In this document: positions 31,698 through 42,092 of the stretch, one piece after another | Position numbering within the stretch: position 1 is the stretch's first letter | Layout: each line of letters opens with the position of its first letter | Source of the DNA: a virus | IMG/VR virus record: IMGVR_UViG_3300034062_006954 | Location: 1 to 64,000 of that record | Reading direction: 5' to 3' (one strand) | Length of the DNA stretch: 64,000 nt | Translations under genes and position numbers: made by a program | The notes under the pieces: generated by a model | Told to the model about the DNA's origin: nothing | The model's input: only the letters and a program-made list of their open reading frames with translations | Databases searched by the model: none

Positions 31698-32906
31698 TTA
31701 TTTTAAATATTTTAATGGTTTGTGATATGCTTCATCCATCCTTCTCATAGCTTTATAAAACTCATCTTTAAATTTACTCATATGTCTTCTATCATGGGCT
31801 TGAGGTTCAGGCTCAACTTCAGGATTAGGAACCATTGGTTCATCTTCTTCTGGTGACCATTCAGGTTCTTTTTCTCTGTCAGGTTTAATTCTTGGTTTGA
31901 TACCTGGTTCGATAGTTGGAGCAAATGGGTCATTCATACTAAATTTACTTCTTCTCTTTGCTTGAGGTTCAGGCTCAACTTCAGGATTAGGAACCATTGG
32001 TTCATCTTCTTCTGGTGACCATTCAGGTTCTTTCTCCCTATCAGGTTTAATTCTAGGTTTGATACCAGGTTCAATTGTTGGTGCGAATGGGTCATTCATC
32101 GTAAAATCTTCATCAATTTCCGTTTCCTCATAATAGAAATCTTCTTTTAATGATTTTCTTTTTCTAAGTTCACCCTCAATTAACTTCATTAAATCTTTCT
32201 TTTTCATAGCTGGTTGTAAATCTTTAATAATTATATTTTCAATATGTTCTTTAAGTGCTGCATCAAATTTTAAACTAGGTGAAACCTTGCCTAAATTTTC
32301 TCTGTAACCACCCAATGCTCCACTTTTGACCATATCTAAATAACTTTCTTTAGTTTCTTTCTTTTTGTATTTTACAGTCTTTTCAGGATGTTTTTTTTCA
32401 GGCATAGTTTTGTATTGTTTCTTAGATGTACTCTTAGAAAATTCTTTAGCCATCTTACACCATTTACAATCCTCAGTTTTACATTTGTTACAACGAGCCC
32501 AAAATAATTTTTGTTGTGCCTTTGATTCAAATTTTTCACTTATCTGACCAGTACCATCATCATAATCATCCATTCCATCGTCTGTATCAGGACCTACTTG
32601 TTTAGGTTCTTGTGTTCTACCTTTTAAAGCCCAATTGATATTAGTTTCCTCTTCACTATCATCCTCAGTTAATTTTACATTTTTACATTTAGGGTCTGAT
32701 TGATTTTGCAAACAAAAATTAGCTAATTTTAAATCTTCAGGTTTTGTTTTGTCTAATAACGTGGTAACAATTTGTGTAGCCTCTTTATTTTCCTTTTTGG
32801 ACATTTTTTCGAACAACAAATTGATTTTACTTTCATTCAAAGTTGAAATGAATTTTGAAGTAAATCCGTTATTTAATAATAAACTAATTTTTTTATTTAA
32901 ATTCAT
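31698..32906 (-). CDS. hypothetical protein with duplicated Pro/Glu-rich 47-aa unit
   Basis: MNDPFAPTIEPG...EPEPQA twice; CxxC-x4-CxxC motif. Confidence 0.7.
   Translation of the reverse strand: MNLNKKISLLLNNGFTSKFISTLNESKINLLFEKMSKKENKEATQIVTTLLDKTKPEDLKLANFCLQNQSDPKCKNVKLTEDDSEEETNINWALKGRTQEPKQVGPDTDDGMDDYDDGTGQISEKFESKAQQKLFWARCNKCKTEDCKWCKMAKEFSKSTSKKQYKTMPEKKHPEKTVKYKKKETKESYLDMVKSGALGGYRENLGKVSPSLKFDAALKEHIENIIIKDLQPAMKKKDLMKLIEGELRKRKSLKEDFYYEETEIDEDFTMNDPFAPTIEPGIKPRIKPDREKEPEWSPEEDEPMVPNPEVEPEPQAKRRSKFSMNDPFAPTIEPGIKPRIKPDREKEPEWSPEEDEPMVPNPEVEPEPQAHDRRHMSKFKDEFYKAMRRMDEAYHKPLKYLK
31798..32099 (-). repeat. intragenic direct repeat, 162-bp period
   Basis: 31798..31937 vs 31960..32099, same peptide with synonymous changes. 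Confidence 0.9.
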
Positions 32907-33303
32907 AATTTAATTTTTTTTCAAATTCAAGAACAATATCCCTCTCGTATAATTTATTTTTAACAACCTCCTCACTATCTCCAAATCTGAAAACTAACCT
33001 TTTTACTATATCAAAATTTATAGATTCATTTTCATTTTCCCAAGCTAATGCAATTACATCATCAGTTGCATCTATCATTGAAAAATAATCGGACTTTTGA
33101 ATTACTGACAATGTTATTTTATCATTTTTCAAAACTCCGACTTTCTTAATATGTTCTATGTCTGGTGGACTTGGATAACCATTAGATGGTTTTGATTCCC
33201 ACATTTCTCCCCACACATCTTCTACTCTGTCTGAAAAAATAAACTCGTATATATTATCACCTCGATAATTAGGTCCCAGTTCATTTACGTAAATTAAAAA
33301 CAT
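32893..33303 (-). CDS. hypothetical protein
   Basis: Coupled ORF. Confidence 0.7.
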   Translation of the reverse strand: MFLIYVNELGPNYRGDNIYEFIFSDRVEDVWGEMWESKPSNGYPSPPDIEHIKKVGVLKNDKITLSVIQKSDYFSMIDATDDVIALAWENENESINFDIVKRLVFRFGDSEEVVKNKLYERDIVLEFEKKLNYEFK

Positions 33304-34526
33304 TATAGGATATTACCTTTTGGAGTTATTTTAAATTTAGCTTCACTTAAATTGAATACCAAGTTATTTTTTTCTGTTTTACCTAAAAAAACTGCTTGAG
33401 GATATTCTTTCATAAATCTCTTAGTTGTTTTTTCTTGTGCATAAGACTCATAAAGTCCATTAGAAACTTTAGTAGTTTTTTTAGTCTCACCAAAATATTT
33501 ACCCAATACTTTATCAACGTGAGATTCATTAAACATTCCCTCAATCATTTCTTCCATTTTGTTAACATAATGGTCTCTCTTTTCTCTTCTTCCATGTCTT
33601 GGGTACATTTCAGCCATTTCCCCACCTGCAGGAGGCGTTGGCGGTGTTGTCATTTCTTCTTCACCACCCTCTGGTGCTGGGGGTGTTGTCATTTCTTCTT
33701 CTCCACCTTCCATTTCTGGTTCACCCATTCCTTCTTCCCCACCTTCCATATCTTCACCACCCTCAAATCTTGACATTATTTCATCTAAATCATCTTCTTC
33801 CAAATTATCTAAATTTAAAGCTGATAAAACAGAATTGATAACGTATTTAATATCTTTGGAACTCATCTCATTTTCTTCGTCAGATAAAAATGTTCTGATT
33901 TTTTGTGCCAATTTACCTGTTGCTTTTTGAATAGATTTGAATGATACTTCTTCCTCTTCGTCTCCCTCAGGTTCTTCTGTTCCCATTTCAGGTTCAGGCA
34001 TTTCTTCTCCCCCTTCAGATGGTGGTGGAGTTGTCATTTCTTCTCCTCCTGCTGGTGGTGGAGGTGTCGTCATTTCTTCTCCTCCTCCAGCAGGTGCTGG
34101 TGCTGGTACTTGTGGATTTGCTTCAGGTGCCGCATCTTGTTCAGTTGTTAAATAATATTCCACTTCTCTATCATCTTCTAAAAATAAAGAAACATTCTTA
34201 TTATAACCTTCATATTTGTTAACTTCGTTAGCAACTATATTTAATCTCTTAAGAGCTTGAGAATAAGATGAATAATATTTTCTATTTTTCATAGGCTCAA
34301 TATAAACAGAATTGGACTCATTCAAACCTCTCTTAATTACATAACCATTTTTTTCTTTAACAATGTGATATGTATTACCATCAGCCAAAAGTTTTTTAAA
34401 CTCATTTGATTTTGTTTCGTTAATTGATTGAGGTACGTGCAAATTATAGTTTGCTATTTGAATCATTCTATTTATTTTATCGATTCCTTCTAATTTTTCA
34501 CTTCCAATTGGTTTTAAATTTCCCAT
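33303..34526 (-). CDS. acidic low-complexity head-associated protein
   Basis: GGEEMTTPPP repeats; ATATTTAT upstream. Confidence 0.65.
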   Translation of the reverse strand: MGNLKPIGSEKLEGIDKINRMIQIANYNLHVPQSINETKSNEFKKLLADGNTYHIVKEKNGYVIKRGLNESNSVYIEPMKNRKYYSSYSQALKRLNIVANEVNKYEGYNKNVSLFLEDDREVEYYLTTEQDAAPEANPQVPAPAPAGGGEEMTTPPPPAGGEEMTTPPPSEGGEEMPEPEMGTEEPEGDEEEEVSFKSIQKATGKLAQKIRTFLSDEENEMSSKDIKYVINSVLSALNLDNLEEDDLDEIMSRFEGGEDMEGGEEGMGEPEMEGGEEEMTTPPAPEGGEEEMTTPPTPPAGGEMAEMYPRHGRREKRDHYVNKMEEMIEGMFNESHVDKVLGKYFGETKKTTKVSNGLYESYAQEKTTKRFMKEYPQAVFLGKTEKNNLVFNLSEAKFKITPKGNIL

Positions 34527-34563
34527 ATTTTTTTTGTTTTTTAATATAAATATATTGAAATAA

Positions 34564-35307
34564 CTAATTCTTTATTCTTTCTTTTAAAGAAAGTTTTTTA
34601 TCTATTAAATTAATTGGTATATTGTATAGTTTCTCAATGTATCCATTTCTACGAAGAACTTTAAATACTAAATTTTGTAGTCCCATTTCACCTCCAGATT
34701 GTAGTCCTGATAGTCTATATTTTTTGAGTTTGTCTTTTATTGATTTAACAGATTTTCTGATAGATTCAATATCTTCATCATCAAGGTTTTTGATTAATGT
34801 ATCAATCAAACTCATCCACTTTTTTGCATTCCTAATTATTTCTTCTTTCTTTACACCTAAATTTTCTTTAGTTGGTTTTTTAATCCATTGGTCATTTAAA
34901 ACTGAATAAACACCCCCACTAACTCCCTTCAAAGCACTATCTTCAACAAAAACTTCAACATCATATCCAAACATTTTTATATCTCTCTTTTGATTAAAAA
35001 CTATTTTTTTCAAATCAAAAAACTCAACATATAAATCTTTATATTCTTTTATGAATTGTTTATAGTCAACTAATATGTGTAAATCAACGTCAGAATATTC
35101 CGACCAATTATAGTTTGCAATTGACCCTGTTACAATAATATCATCAATAACAACATCAAGTCCAAATGAATCGATGAATTGATAGGCAATTTCCAATAAG
35201 TTTTTTCTAACTTGTGGATTAATCTTATTACCATCTTTTTCCCATATTTTGGGTTGTAATGTTTTTTGTGGTGTAAAACTTGAAATTACTTTGTTTAAAG
35301 GCTCCAT
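34564..35307 (-). CDS. Pol-beta superfamily nucleotidyltransferase
   Basis: VTGSIANYNWSEYSDVDLH (GS...DxD) plus DVEVFVE third acidic strand. Confidence 0.85.
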   Translation of the reverse strand: MEPLNKVISSFTPQKTLQPKIWEKDGNKINPQVRKNLLEIAYQFIDSFGLDVVIDDIIVTGSIANYNWSEYSDVDLHILVDYKQFIKEYKDLYVEFFDLKKIVFNQKRDIKMFGYDVEVFVEDSALKGVSGGVYSVLNDQWIKKPTKENLGVKKEEIIRNAKKWMSLIDTLIKNLDDEDIESIRKSVKSIKDKLKKYRLSGLQSGGEMGLQNLVFKVLRRNGYIEKLYNIPINLIDKKLSLKERIKN

Positions 35308-35340
35308 CTATAATAAATATTTGATTTACCTTTATAATTA

Positions 35341-35583
35341 TCACAACCTCTTGTATTTAAAAGTTTTTGCAATTTTTGAATTAAAAAACTTACCTTGAGA
35401 TTCTGACATCCTAAATTGAGTGTAGATTTGATGTGGGACATTTTCATATGAATATTTCATACCATTATTGAATTCTACAATCAATTCTTTTGACTCAGTA
35501 TCAAATTCAGTTCTTTTAATATTACTTGATTGAATTTCGTTAATAATTTTTGTACCTCTAATTTCTTCTCTTATAATTCCCAT
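35341..35583 (-). CDS. KTSC domain protein
   Basis: SSNI....D.....L.VEF.NG..YSY.NVP...Y..F..SESQGKFFN..I. Confidence 0.9.
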   Translation of the reverse strand: MGIIREEIRGTKIINEIQSSNIKRTEFDTESKELIVEFNNGMKYSYENVPHQIYTQFRMSESQGKFFNSKIAKTFKYKRL

Positions 35584-35619
35584 ACAATAAAATTTAAAAC
35601 CCCCATTCGGGGGTTATTA

Positions 35620-36033
35620 TTAATTTATATTTTTAAGTTCATCTCTAATTTCGATAGCCCTTTCAAAGTTTTGTTCTTGAATAGCCAAATCCAATTCTTT
35701 TTTCAACTTATCGATTTTTGTATCATTTTTTTCCAAATCTTTTATTTGATCCCTCAACTTTGCAGCCTCTTCAAAATTTTGAGTTTCAATACATTCATTT
35801 AACTTTCTTTGTAATTCTTCTTTTGGACCTCTTCCAGCTTCCCACTTTGTTTTCGTTTTTTTATTTGAAAAAAGATAATTTGTAAAAACTATGAAATTCA
35901 AATCAGGTCTAAGTTTATACCCCTTTTTAAAATCATCATTAGTTGGAGCTTCAAAATCAAAAGTACCATTTAATCCATTACTTAAAAAATCTTTAAGAAT
36001 TTCTTCAAAACTTTTATAATTTCTTCTGTTCAT
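35620..36033 (-). CDS. protein with two UVR (UvrB/UvrC) coiled-coil motifs
   Basis: CIETQNFEEAAKLRDQI and AIQEQNFERAIEIRDEL. Confidence 0.85.
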   Translation of the reverse strand: MNRRNYKSFEEILKDFLSNGLNGTFDFEAPTNDDFKKGYKLRPDLNFIVFTNYLFSNKKTKTKWEAGRGPKEELQRKLNECIETQNFEEAAKLRDQIKDLEKNDTKIDKLKKELDLAIQEQNFERAIEIRDELKNIN

Positions 36034-36172
36034 ATATTATTTTATTTATTTTATTTTTATTATAATGAGAAATATACACAAAAAATACAATAAAATCAAC
36101 TAGTTCATAAAACGTTATTTATAGATAGTTGAAATTGAAAAATAAAACATTATTATTAGGATAAAAAAATTT

Positions 36173-38197
36173 ATGATAGATTCTAAAGATGGAGATTACT
36201 CAACAAAAGGAAAAGGTGATACACCAGTACTTAATAATTTCGCAAAAGATTTAATTAAACTTGCAGAAGAAGGTAAATTAGATCCTGTAGTTGGAAGAGA
36301 TAGAGAGATAACCAGAATTGCTCAAATTTTATCAAGACGTAAAAAAAACAACCCAATAATAATTGGTGAACCTGGTTGTGGTAAAACGGCAATTGTTGAA
36401 GGTTTGGCGTTAAAAATATTGAATGGTGAATGCCCAAGAAATCTTATGGACAAAAAAATTATGTCATTAGACATGACTTCAATTGTCGCTGGTACAAAAT
36501 ATCGTGGTCAATTTGAAGAGAGAATGAAGGTTATTATTGAGGAACTTCAATCAGCACCAAATATAATATTATTCATTGATGAAATTCACCAAATAGTAGG
36601 AGCTGGTAATTCTTCAGGTTCACTTGACGCATCAAACATTTTCAAACCAGCATTAGCAAGGGGAGAAATCCAATGTATTGGTGCAACCACGTTGGATGAG
36701 TATAGAAAGAACTTTGAAAAAGATGGAGCATTAGAAAGAAGATTTCAAAAAGTAATTGTTGACCCATCAAGTAAAGAAGAGACTTTGGAAATTCTTACAA
36801 ATGTTAAAGAAAAATATGAAAATTATCACAAAGTAAGTTATAGTGATGATGTACTAAAACTTTGTGTTGATTTAGCTGAACGTTATATTACTGACAGAGA
36901 ATTTCCTGACAAAGCATTTGATATTATTGATGAGGTTGGGGCGAGAAGTCAAGTTGAAATTAAAATGCCTCAAATTATTGAGGACTTAAAAATACAAGCT
37001 CAAGAAATTAAAAAACAAAAAATTGAGGTTGTAAAAAGTCAAAACTATGAATTGGCCGCAGATCTTAGAGATAAAGAAACCAAAATCTTAGATAGATTAG
37101 ATGATGAAAAGAAAAAGTTCGAGTTCGATTTATTGAATAAGAAAAAACAAGTTTCAATAGAATTAGTTTATGATGTTGTATCAAATATGACTAAAATACC
37201 TGTGTCAAAAATAAATTCAGATGAATCGTCAAAACTTACAAGTTTGGATGATAATTTATCCTCAAAAGTTATTGGTCAAAAGGATGCGGTATCAAAAATT
37301 GCAAAGGCTATCAGAAGAAATAGATTAGGTATCAAAGACCCAAGTAAACCAATCGGTTCATTCATTTTCTTAGGTTCAACAGGTGTTGGTAAAACATATT
37401 TGGCCAAACAACTTGCTAAAGAAATTTTTGGAAGTGAAGAAAGTCTTATACGTGTAGATATGTCAGAATTCCAAGAAAAACATACAATATCAAGACTAAT
37501 TGGTTCACCTCCAGGTTATGTTGGGTATGACGAGGGTGGACAATTAACTGAACAAGTTAAGAATAAACCTTATTCAGTAATATTATTTGATGAAATTGAA
37601 AAAGCTAACAAAGATGTTTTCTCAACACTACTTCAGGTACTTGATGATGGTCATTTAACTGATGGATTGGGTAGAAAAATCAACTTCAAAAATTGTGTGA
37701 TAATTATGACATCAAATTTAGGTGTAAAAAAACTACAAGACTTTGGTACAGGTGTTGGTTTTAAATCAGCAAATAATTCATACATTGAAGAAGAACATAA
37801 AAGAGATATGTTGAAAAAAGAATTGCAAAAATTCTTTGCTCCTGAATTCTTAAATAGAATTGATGAAATAATTGTATTCAATTCTTTAAAAGAAGAAGAA
37901 GTAAAACAAATTGTAAAATTGGAAGTTGATAAATTGATTAGTCGATTGAAAGGACTAAATTATAATATATCCTACGAAGAATCTTTGATTGAAATGATTT
38001 CCAAAGTTGGTTTTGATGAAACTTATGGAGCAAGACCAATCAAAAGAGCAATCCAAGATAAAATTGAAGATTTTATTTCCGAAGAAGTGTTAAATGGAAA
38101 TGTTGTTGAAAATGGTGATTACACCCTTGTGGTAGAAGATGAAAAAGTAAAATTTAAAACTGATAAGAAGAGTAAAAATAAAAAAGGGACTAAATAG
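36173..38197 (+). CDS. clpC: ClpC-type Hsp100 ATPase lacking the N-terminal domain
   Basis: Two AAA+ modules (GEPGCGKT, GSTGVGKT), KYRGQFEER, GSPPGYVGY, UVR-like M-domain QNYELAADLRD, VGF loop. Confidence 0.9.
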   Translation: MIDSKDGDYSTKGKGDTPVLNNFAKDLIKLAEEGKLDPVVGRDREITRIAQILSRRKKNNPIIIGEPGCGKTAIVEGLALKILNGECPRNLMDKKIMSLDMTSIVAGTKYRGQFEERMKVIIEELQSAPNIILFIDEIHQIVGAGNSSGSLDASNIFKPALARGEIQCIGATTLDEYRKNFEKDGALERRFQKVIVDPSSKEETLEILTNVKEKYENYHKVSYSDDVLKLCVDLAERYITDREFPDKAFDIIDEVGARSQVEIKMPQIIEDLKIQAQEIKKQKIEVVKSQNYELAADLRDKETKILDRLDDEKKKFEFDLLNKKKQVSIELVYDVVSNMTKIPVSKINSDESSKLTSLDDNLSSKVIGQKDAVSKIAKAIRRNRLGIKDPSKPIGSFIFLGSTGVGKTYLAKQLAKEIFGSEESLIRVDMSEFQEKHTISRLIGSPPGYVGYDEGGQLTEQVKNKPYSVILFDEIEKANKDVFSTLLQVLDDGHLTDGLGRKINFKNCVIIMTSNLGVKKLQDFGTGVGFKSANNSYIEEEHKRDMLKKELQKFFAPEFLNRIDEIIVFNSLKEEEVKQIVKLEVDKLISRLKGLNYNISYEESLIEMISKVGFDETYGARPIKRAIQDKIEDFISEEVLNGNVVENGDYTLVVEDEKVKFKTDKKSKNKKGTK

Positions 38198-38209
38198 TCC
38201 CTTTTTTTT
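38180..38209. terminator. bidirectional intrinsic terminator
   Basis: AAAAAAGGGACTA-AA-TAGTCCCTTTTTT. Confidence 0.85.
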
Positions 38210-38738
38210 ATGGCATAGGTTTTATTTGTTTCTCAGTACTAGGTGGTTGTGGTATTTTTATATCTTTAATACTATTTTGAGTTAATTTATTATCTTGAGT
38301 TGTAGGTTCTTCCAAACCAAATTCAGGTTTTTCAGAGTAAGTTCTAATTCCCTGAAGTCTCTGATTTGCAACATCCTCAAGTTTTTCAATATGTTTCGAG
38401 TATTCCTCAAAATTTTTAAGTGCTTTATCAATTTCAAAAACCAACTGACCTTTCTTTTCTTGAGGCATTGTTGATGATGTAATCTTATTTTTTAAATCAG
38501 TCAACTTAGTCATTATCTTCACATTTGGTTGGTCAAGTTTCCTTAAGTCTTTTGCCATATTTTTGAGTGAATTAAGATACTTAAAAAAGTCATAACCCTC
38601 TCCTCTCCAAAATCCTTTAATACCTTGATATACATTAGATATTGAATCAAAAATACCTTCTTCTAATTCATTTTCTTTAATAATTCTATTAACAACTAAG
38701 TTAAGTTGTGTCTCAGTTAAATAAATCTTTCTTTTCAT
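38208..38738 (-). CDS. hypothetical protein with shared LTE leader
   Basis: MKRKIYLTETQLNLVVNRIIKE. Confidence 0.7.
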   Translation of the reverse strand: MKRKIYLTETQLNLVVNRIIKENELEEGIFDSISNVYQGIKGFWRGEGYDFFKYLNSLKNMAKDLRKLDQPNVKIMTKLTDLKNKITSSTMPQEKKGQLVFEIDKALKNFEEYSKHIEKLEDVANQRLQGIRTYSEKPEFGLEEPTTQDNKLTQNSIKDIKIPQPPSTEKQIKPMP

Positions 38739-38763
38739 TGTAATATTTTAAAAATAAATATCA

Positions 38764-39579
38764 CTACAAAATGAATTTACCCTTACCAACCTCTTTTTGA
38801 TATTTTTTTACACCCAAGTTTTCAATAATTTTTGTCGCAATATCATATGTGTTAAAGACATCTTCAACTACAACATATTCGTGCTCAGTATGATAATTGT
38901 AATATCCAACAGCAAAGTTTATACAAGAAAAATCAAAAAGACTTTTAAGGGCATAAACATCTGTATATGGGTGAGATTGATATTTGTTTCTGTTGTTAAA
39001 ACCTTCAGTCAGAACCTCATCACATTTCTCAAAAAATTCAGAATTTTTGTCGAATAATTGTACTCCCATACAATACTCACTTACCATCCAATTACCTGGT
39101 GCATCAAATTGTAATACATACCCAACATTAGAAAAGAATTCCTTATCAGCTTTTTTTGATCCGTGACAACCCGTTTCTTCAGATACGAAGAAGGCCGCCT
39201 TAACATTTGGTAAATGTTTTAATAGTTGTAAACAAACATATACACCACACTTGTCATCACCACCAATACCAGTAGGTGAACCTTGGTCATTATAGGCCTT
39301 GAATGCCATTTTTAACTCATCCTGAGCGTTGGGTAATATCATTTCACGAATGTTGATTGTATCCAACTCGTGAACAGTATCTGTGTGGGCAACAACACAA
39401 GGAAAATATTCTACATCATCTGTTTGTTTCGTGGCATAAACATTTCCCATTTTATCCACTTTATAAGGGATATTATTTTCAACCATCCATTCGGTTAAAA
39501 ATTGAATCATTAAATCTTCCTTATATGTTTTGGTAGGTACAGATAAAACCTTTTTGAGTAAATTGATATCGTGTTTCAT
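38764..39579 (-). CDS. M20/M28-clan metallopeptidase
   Basis: AHTDTV, GGDDKCG, SEETG, FDAPG, YNYHT..EY. Confidence 0.85.
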   Translation of the reverse strand: MKHDINLLKKVLSVPTKTYKEDLMIQFLTEWMVENNIPYKVDKMGNVYATKQTDDVEYFPCVVAHTDTVHELDTINIREMILPNAQDELKMAFKAYNDQGSPTGIGGDDKCGVYVCLQLLKHLPNVKAAFFVSEETGCHGSKKADKEFFSNVGYVLQFDAPGNWMVSEYCMGVQLFDKNSEFFEKCDEVLTEGFNNRNKYQSHPYTDVYALKSLFDFSCINFAVGYYNYHTEHEYVVVEDVFNTYDIATKIIENLGVKKYQKEVGKGKFIL

Positions 39580-39588
39580 AACACAATA

Positions 39589-40980
39589 TTACAACATTTT
39601 TTTGAATTTTCTAACAATTGACTCAAAAAGTTCAGGTGTATTTAAAAAATTAACAAAATCTTCAAATGATAAACTTCTTTTTTCTATACCTGATTTAAAA
39701 TTAGAATTCCAAGTTGATAGAATTATTTTTATATTAGATTTATCAATTGATTCAATTCTAAACAATTTTTTATTATCATATCCCAATTCATAAGTTCTAC
39801 CAATTTCATAACCTAACTTATTTAAGTTATTTAAAAGCTCACCATATTTTTTAGCACCTTCATATTTTTCAGGTTCGTCTTCAATTTTATCTAAAATGTC
39901 TTGTAAATTACTTTCAACAACTTGATTGAATTTGTTTGCATCATAATCCCAAGCATCATATCCAACTTCATTATAATTTCCAACATTAAGATTTAAATCA
40001 TGACCAATTTCTGTAAAGAGTTCTCTTATTGTTTTTGTTTTATCCTCAGTCATTCCATATAAACTTAACAAGGTATTAATTGTGGTGTAATAACTTGTAA
40101 AACTATATTTTTTCAAAATACCATAATTCATAAAAACATCTGGAAGTTCAGATAAAGCCATTTCTTTTATTCTATTTTCAGCGGCCTCATTTCTTAAATC
40201 AAAGTATTCACCTTCAATATTATCGGCTTGTCTACTGAAATGTTCAGTCAATAATTTTGATGCGGTACTTAAATATTCTTCACTATTATTCTTTTTTAAA
40301 TCAATTAAACTAGGATTAATAAAAAATATAATATTGTCTAACAATTTTCGATTTACATCATTAATACTTGCTAAAATGTAACCTTCCTTCCAATCTTCAT
40401 AAGCGGAATCAGAACTATATATTTCTAAACCATATCCCCCATATCTACTAAAAACGTTTTCTAAGATTGTTCGGTCCCAATCACCTTCACTAAATTCAAA
40501 AAATTCAAAATATTCTCTTTCAGTAAAAGTTAAATGAATCATACTTTTACCAGGATTTTTTTGATTGAAAACATACTCATCAAAACTTTCATCAACTTTA
40601 TTCAAATCGTATTTGTCAACTTTTTTTCCTGATTTTATTAGTTTCAATAAACCATAAGCGGTATCTCCACCAATTAATTCAATAACTTCCATTTCTATCT
40701 GAGGGTAATCTTTAATAATATCACCAAAGTCGAAAAGTTTCCCCTCATCATCTAAAACTGAAGGATTACCATATTGAGGAACAAAAATCATATAACCTTT
40801 CTTTTCACCTTTACTAACAATTAGATAAATGGTGTTTCTTCTATATGAATAGTAATTTTTTTTAAGATAGTTAGAACCATAATAATCTATTGCCTCAAAA
40901 TTTTTAGCTCTGAGAAACAAAACATCATTGTCCTCAAATAATATTTCAGATTCGTTATCTGCAGATTCTTTAGGTGTCAT
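39589..40980 (-). CDS. hypothetical acidic protein
   Basis: 463-aa ORF. Confidence 0.7.
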   Translation of the reverse strand: MTPKESADNESEILFEDNDVLFLRAKNFEAIDYYGSNYLKKNYYSYRRNTIYLIVSKGEKKGYMIFVPQYGNPSVLDDEGKLFDFGDIIKDYPQIEMEVIELIGGDTAYGLLKLIKSGKKVDKYDLNKVDESFDEYVFNQKNPGKSMIHLTFTEREYFEFFEFSEGDWDRTILENVFSRYGGYGLEIYSSDSAYEDWKEGYILASINDVNRKLLDNIIFFINPSLIDLKKNNSEEYLSTASKLLTEHFSRQADNIEGEYFDLRNEAAENRIKEMALSELPDVFMNYGILKKYSFTSYYTTINTLLSLYGMTEDKTKTIRELFTEIGHDLNLNVGNYNEVGYDAWDYDANKFNQVVESNLQDILDKIEDEPEKYEGAKKYGELLNNLNKLGYEIGRTYELGYDNKKLFRIESIDKSNIKIILSTWNSNFKSGIEKRSLSFEDFVNFLNTPELFESIVRKFKKML

Positions 40981-41069
40981 TAAAAAATTTTTATTAATAA
41001 ATAGTTTAAAATGTTGGTTTCATCAATAATTATATCTATAATTACATTATCAAAGTTAATTGAAAATAT

Positions 41070-41448
41070 GGGGGTAATCTGGAATCGACTGACATTGTTG
41101 GTTATTCGGGGCATGTCAGACCTGAACTAAGTCTGTTAAACTGGTTTGAAACGATACACGGCAACGTTATCAACAAACTTTCTGCAGTAGGTTTAATCCG
41201 TGCTGAAGAAGCAGTAGTAGCCTAGTCAATAGGATATTACTTTCGAGTCGGGGTGCATTCACTCAGGAACAGGAGCACTATAGGGTTGTCTAACCGATTC
41301 TCATCCCTAAAAATGAATTGGCCAATTTTGTTGGTTTTGGGAGTATAAAAATCAAATAGCTCGGAACACTGCGAATAATGTTGTCCTAAACATGTAGTCC
41401 TTAATAATTAAGATGGATAGGACGAGAGTTCAAATCTCTCTACCTCCA
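41070..41448 (+). ncRNA. ssrA: tmRNA, tag (A)GNVINKLSAVGLIRAEEAVVA at 41160..41225
   Basis: 5' GGGGGTA pairs with 3' TACCTCC-A with G3.U wobble; GGAATCGAC D-loop-like; GAGAG-TTCAAAT-CTCTC T-arm; internal ORF ending VVA-stop. Confidence 0.93.
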
Positions 41449-41452
41449 CACA

Positions 41453-42001
41453 TTAATCCTTACCTCCACAGGTAAGGATTTTTCTATTTTCATATATTAG
41501 ATTACATAATAAAGTCATTTCATCGTGACTCAAATTACTTTTCGCGTGATTTGCTGCTATTGATATAAATTGAACATTTCCTTTGAAATAACCGATATTA
41601 GAATCAATTCTATCTAATGATGCGGTATATAAATGATTGTTGATTCCTTTATTTTTAGGTAATTCTAATTTAACCCCAGTGTAAATACAAGTGTTTTGGT
41701 TATCCCATAATCCCTTCAAATAAATTAAATCAATATCACTATCAAAAGTTCTTTTTTTAACCCTCCTAATAAAGTCCCTTAATCCTGTAAATTCATCCCT
41801 TTTGACGTGTTTACTAATATCATAATTACTTCTTACATTTAATAATCTTTCAGTATTAAAATGTCCCGTACAACTTCTTGAACAAAAATTCTTCCTCCCC
41901 AACTTTTCATTACGATTTAATTCACTTAAAGGTTTTTCAAACTCAATTCCACAATTACTACAAGTACAAGTTCCCATTCTTCTTTTGTCTCTTTTTTTCA
42001 T
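41453..42001 (-). CDS. HNH-type endonuclease with N-terminal Zn finger
   Basis: CSNC...FCSRSC; CIYTG...ASLDRIDSNIGYFKGNVQFISIAANHAK. Confidence 0.85.
   Translation of the reverse strand: MKKRDKRRMGTCTCSNCGIEFEKPLSELNRNEKLGRKNFCSRSCTGHFNTERLLNVRSNYDISKHVKRDEFTGLRDFIRRVKKRTFDSDIDLIYLKGLWDNQNTCIYTGVKLELPKNKGINNHLYTASLDRIDSNIGYFKGNVQFISIAANHAKSNLSHDEMTLLCNLIYENRKILTCGGKD
41455..41483 (+). terminator. tmRNA terminator overlapping HNH 3' end
   Basis: AATCCTTACCT-CCAC-AGGTAAGGATT followed by T-run. Confidence 0.8.
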
Positions 42002-42092
42002 AATGTTTCTTTTATTATAAATATCGTGGAGGTTGTAAAAAATCGTGGAGGTAATAAAAAAAACCCCTCTTTATCGGAGGGGTTATTTAATA

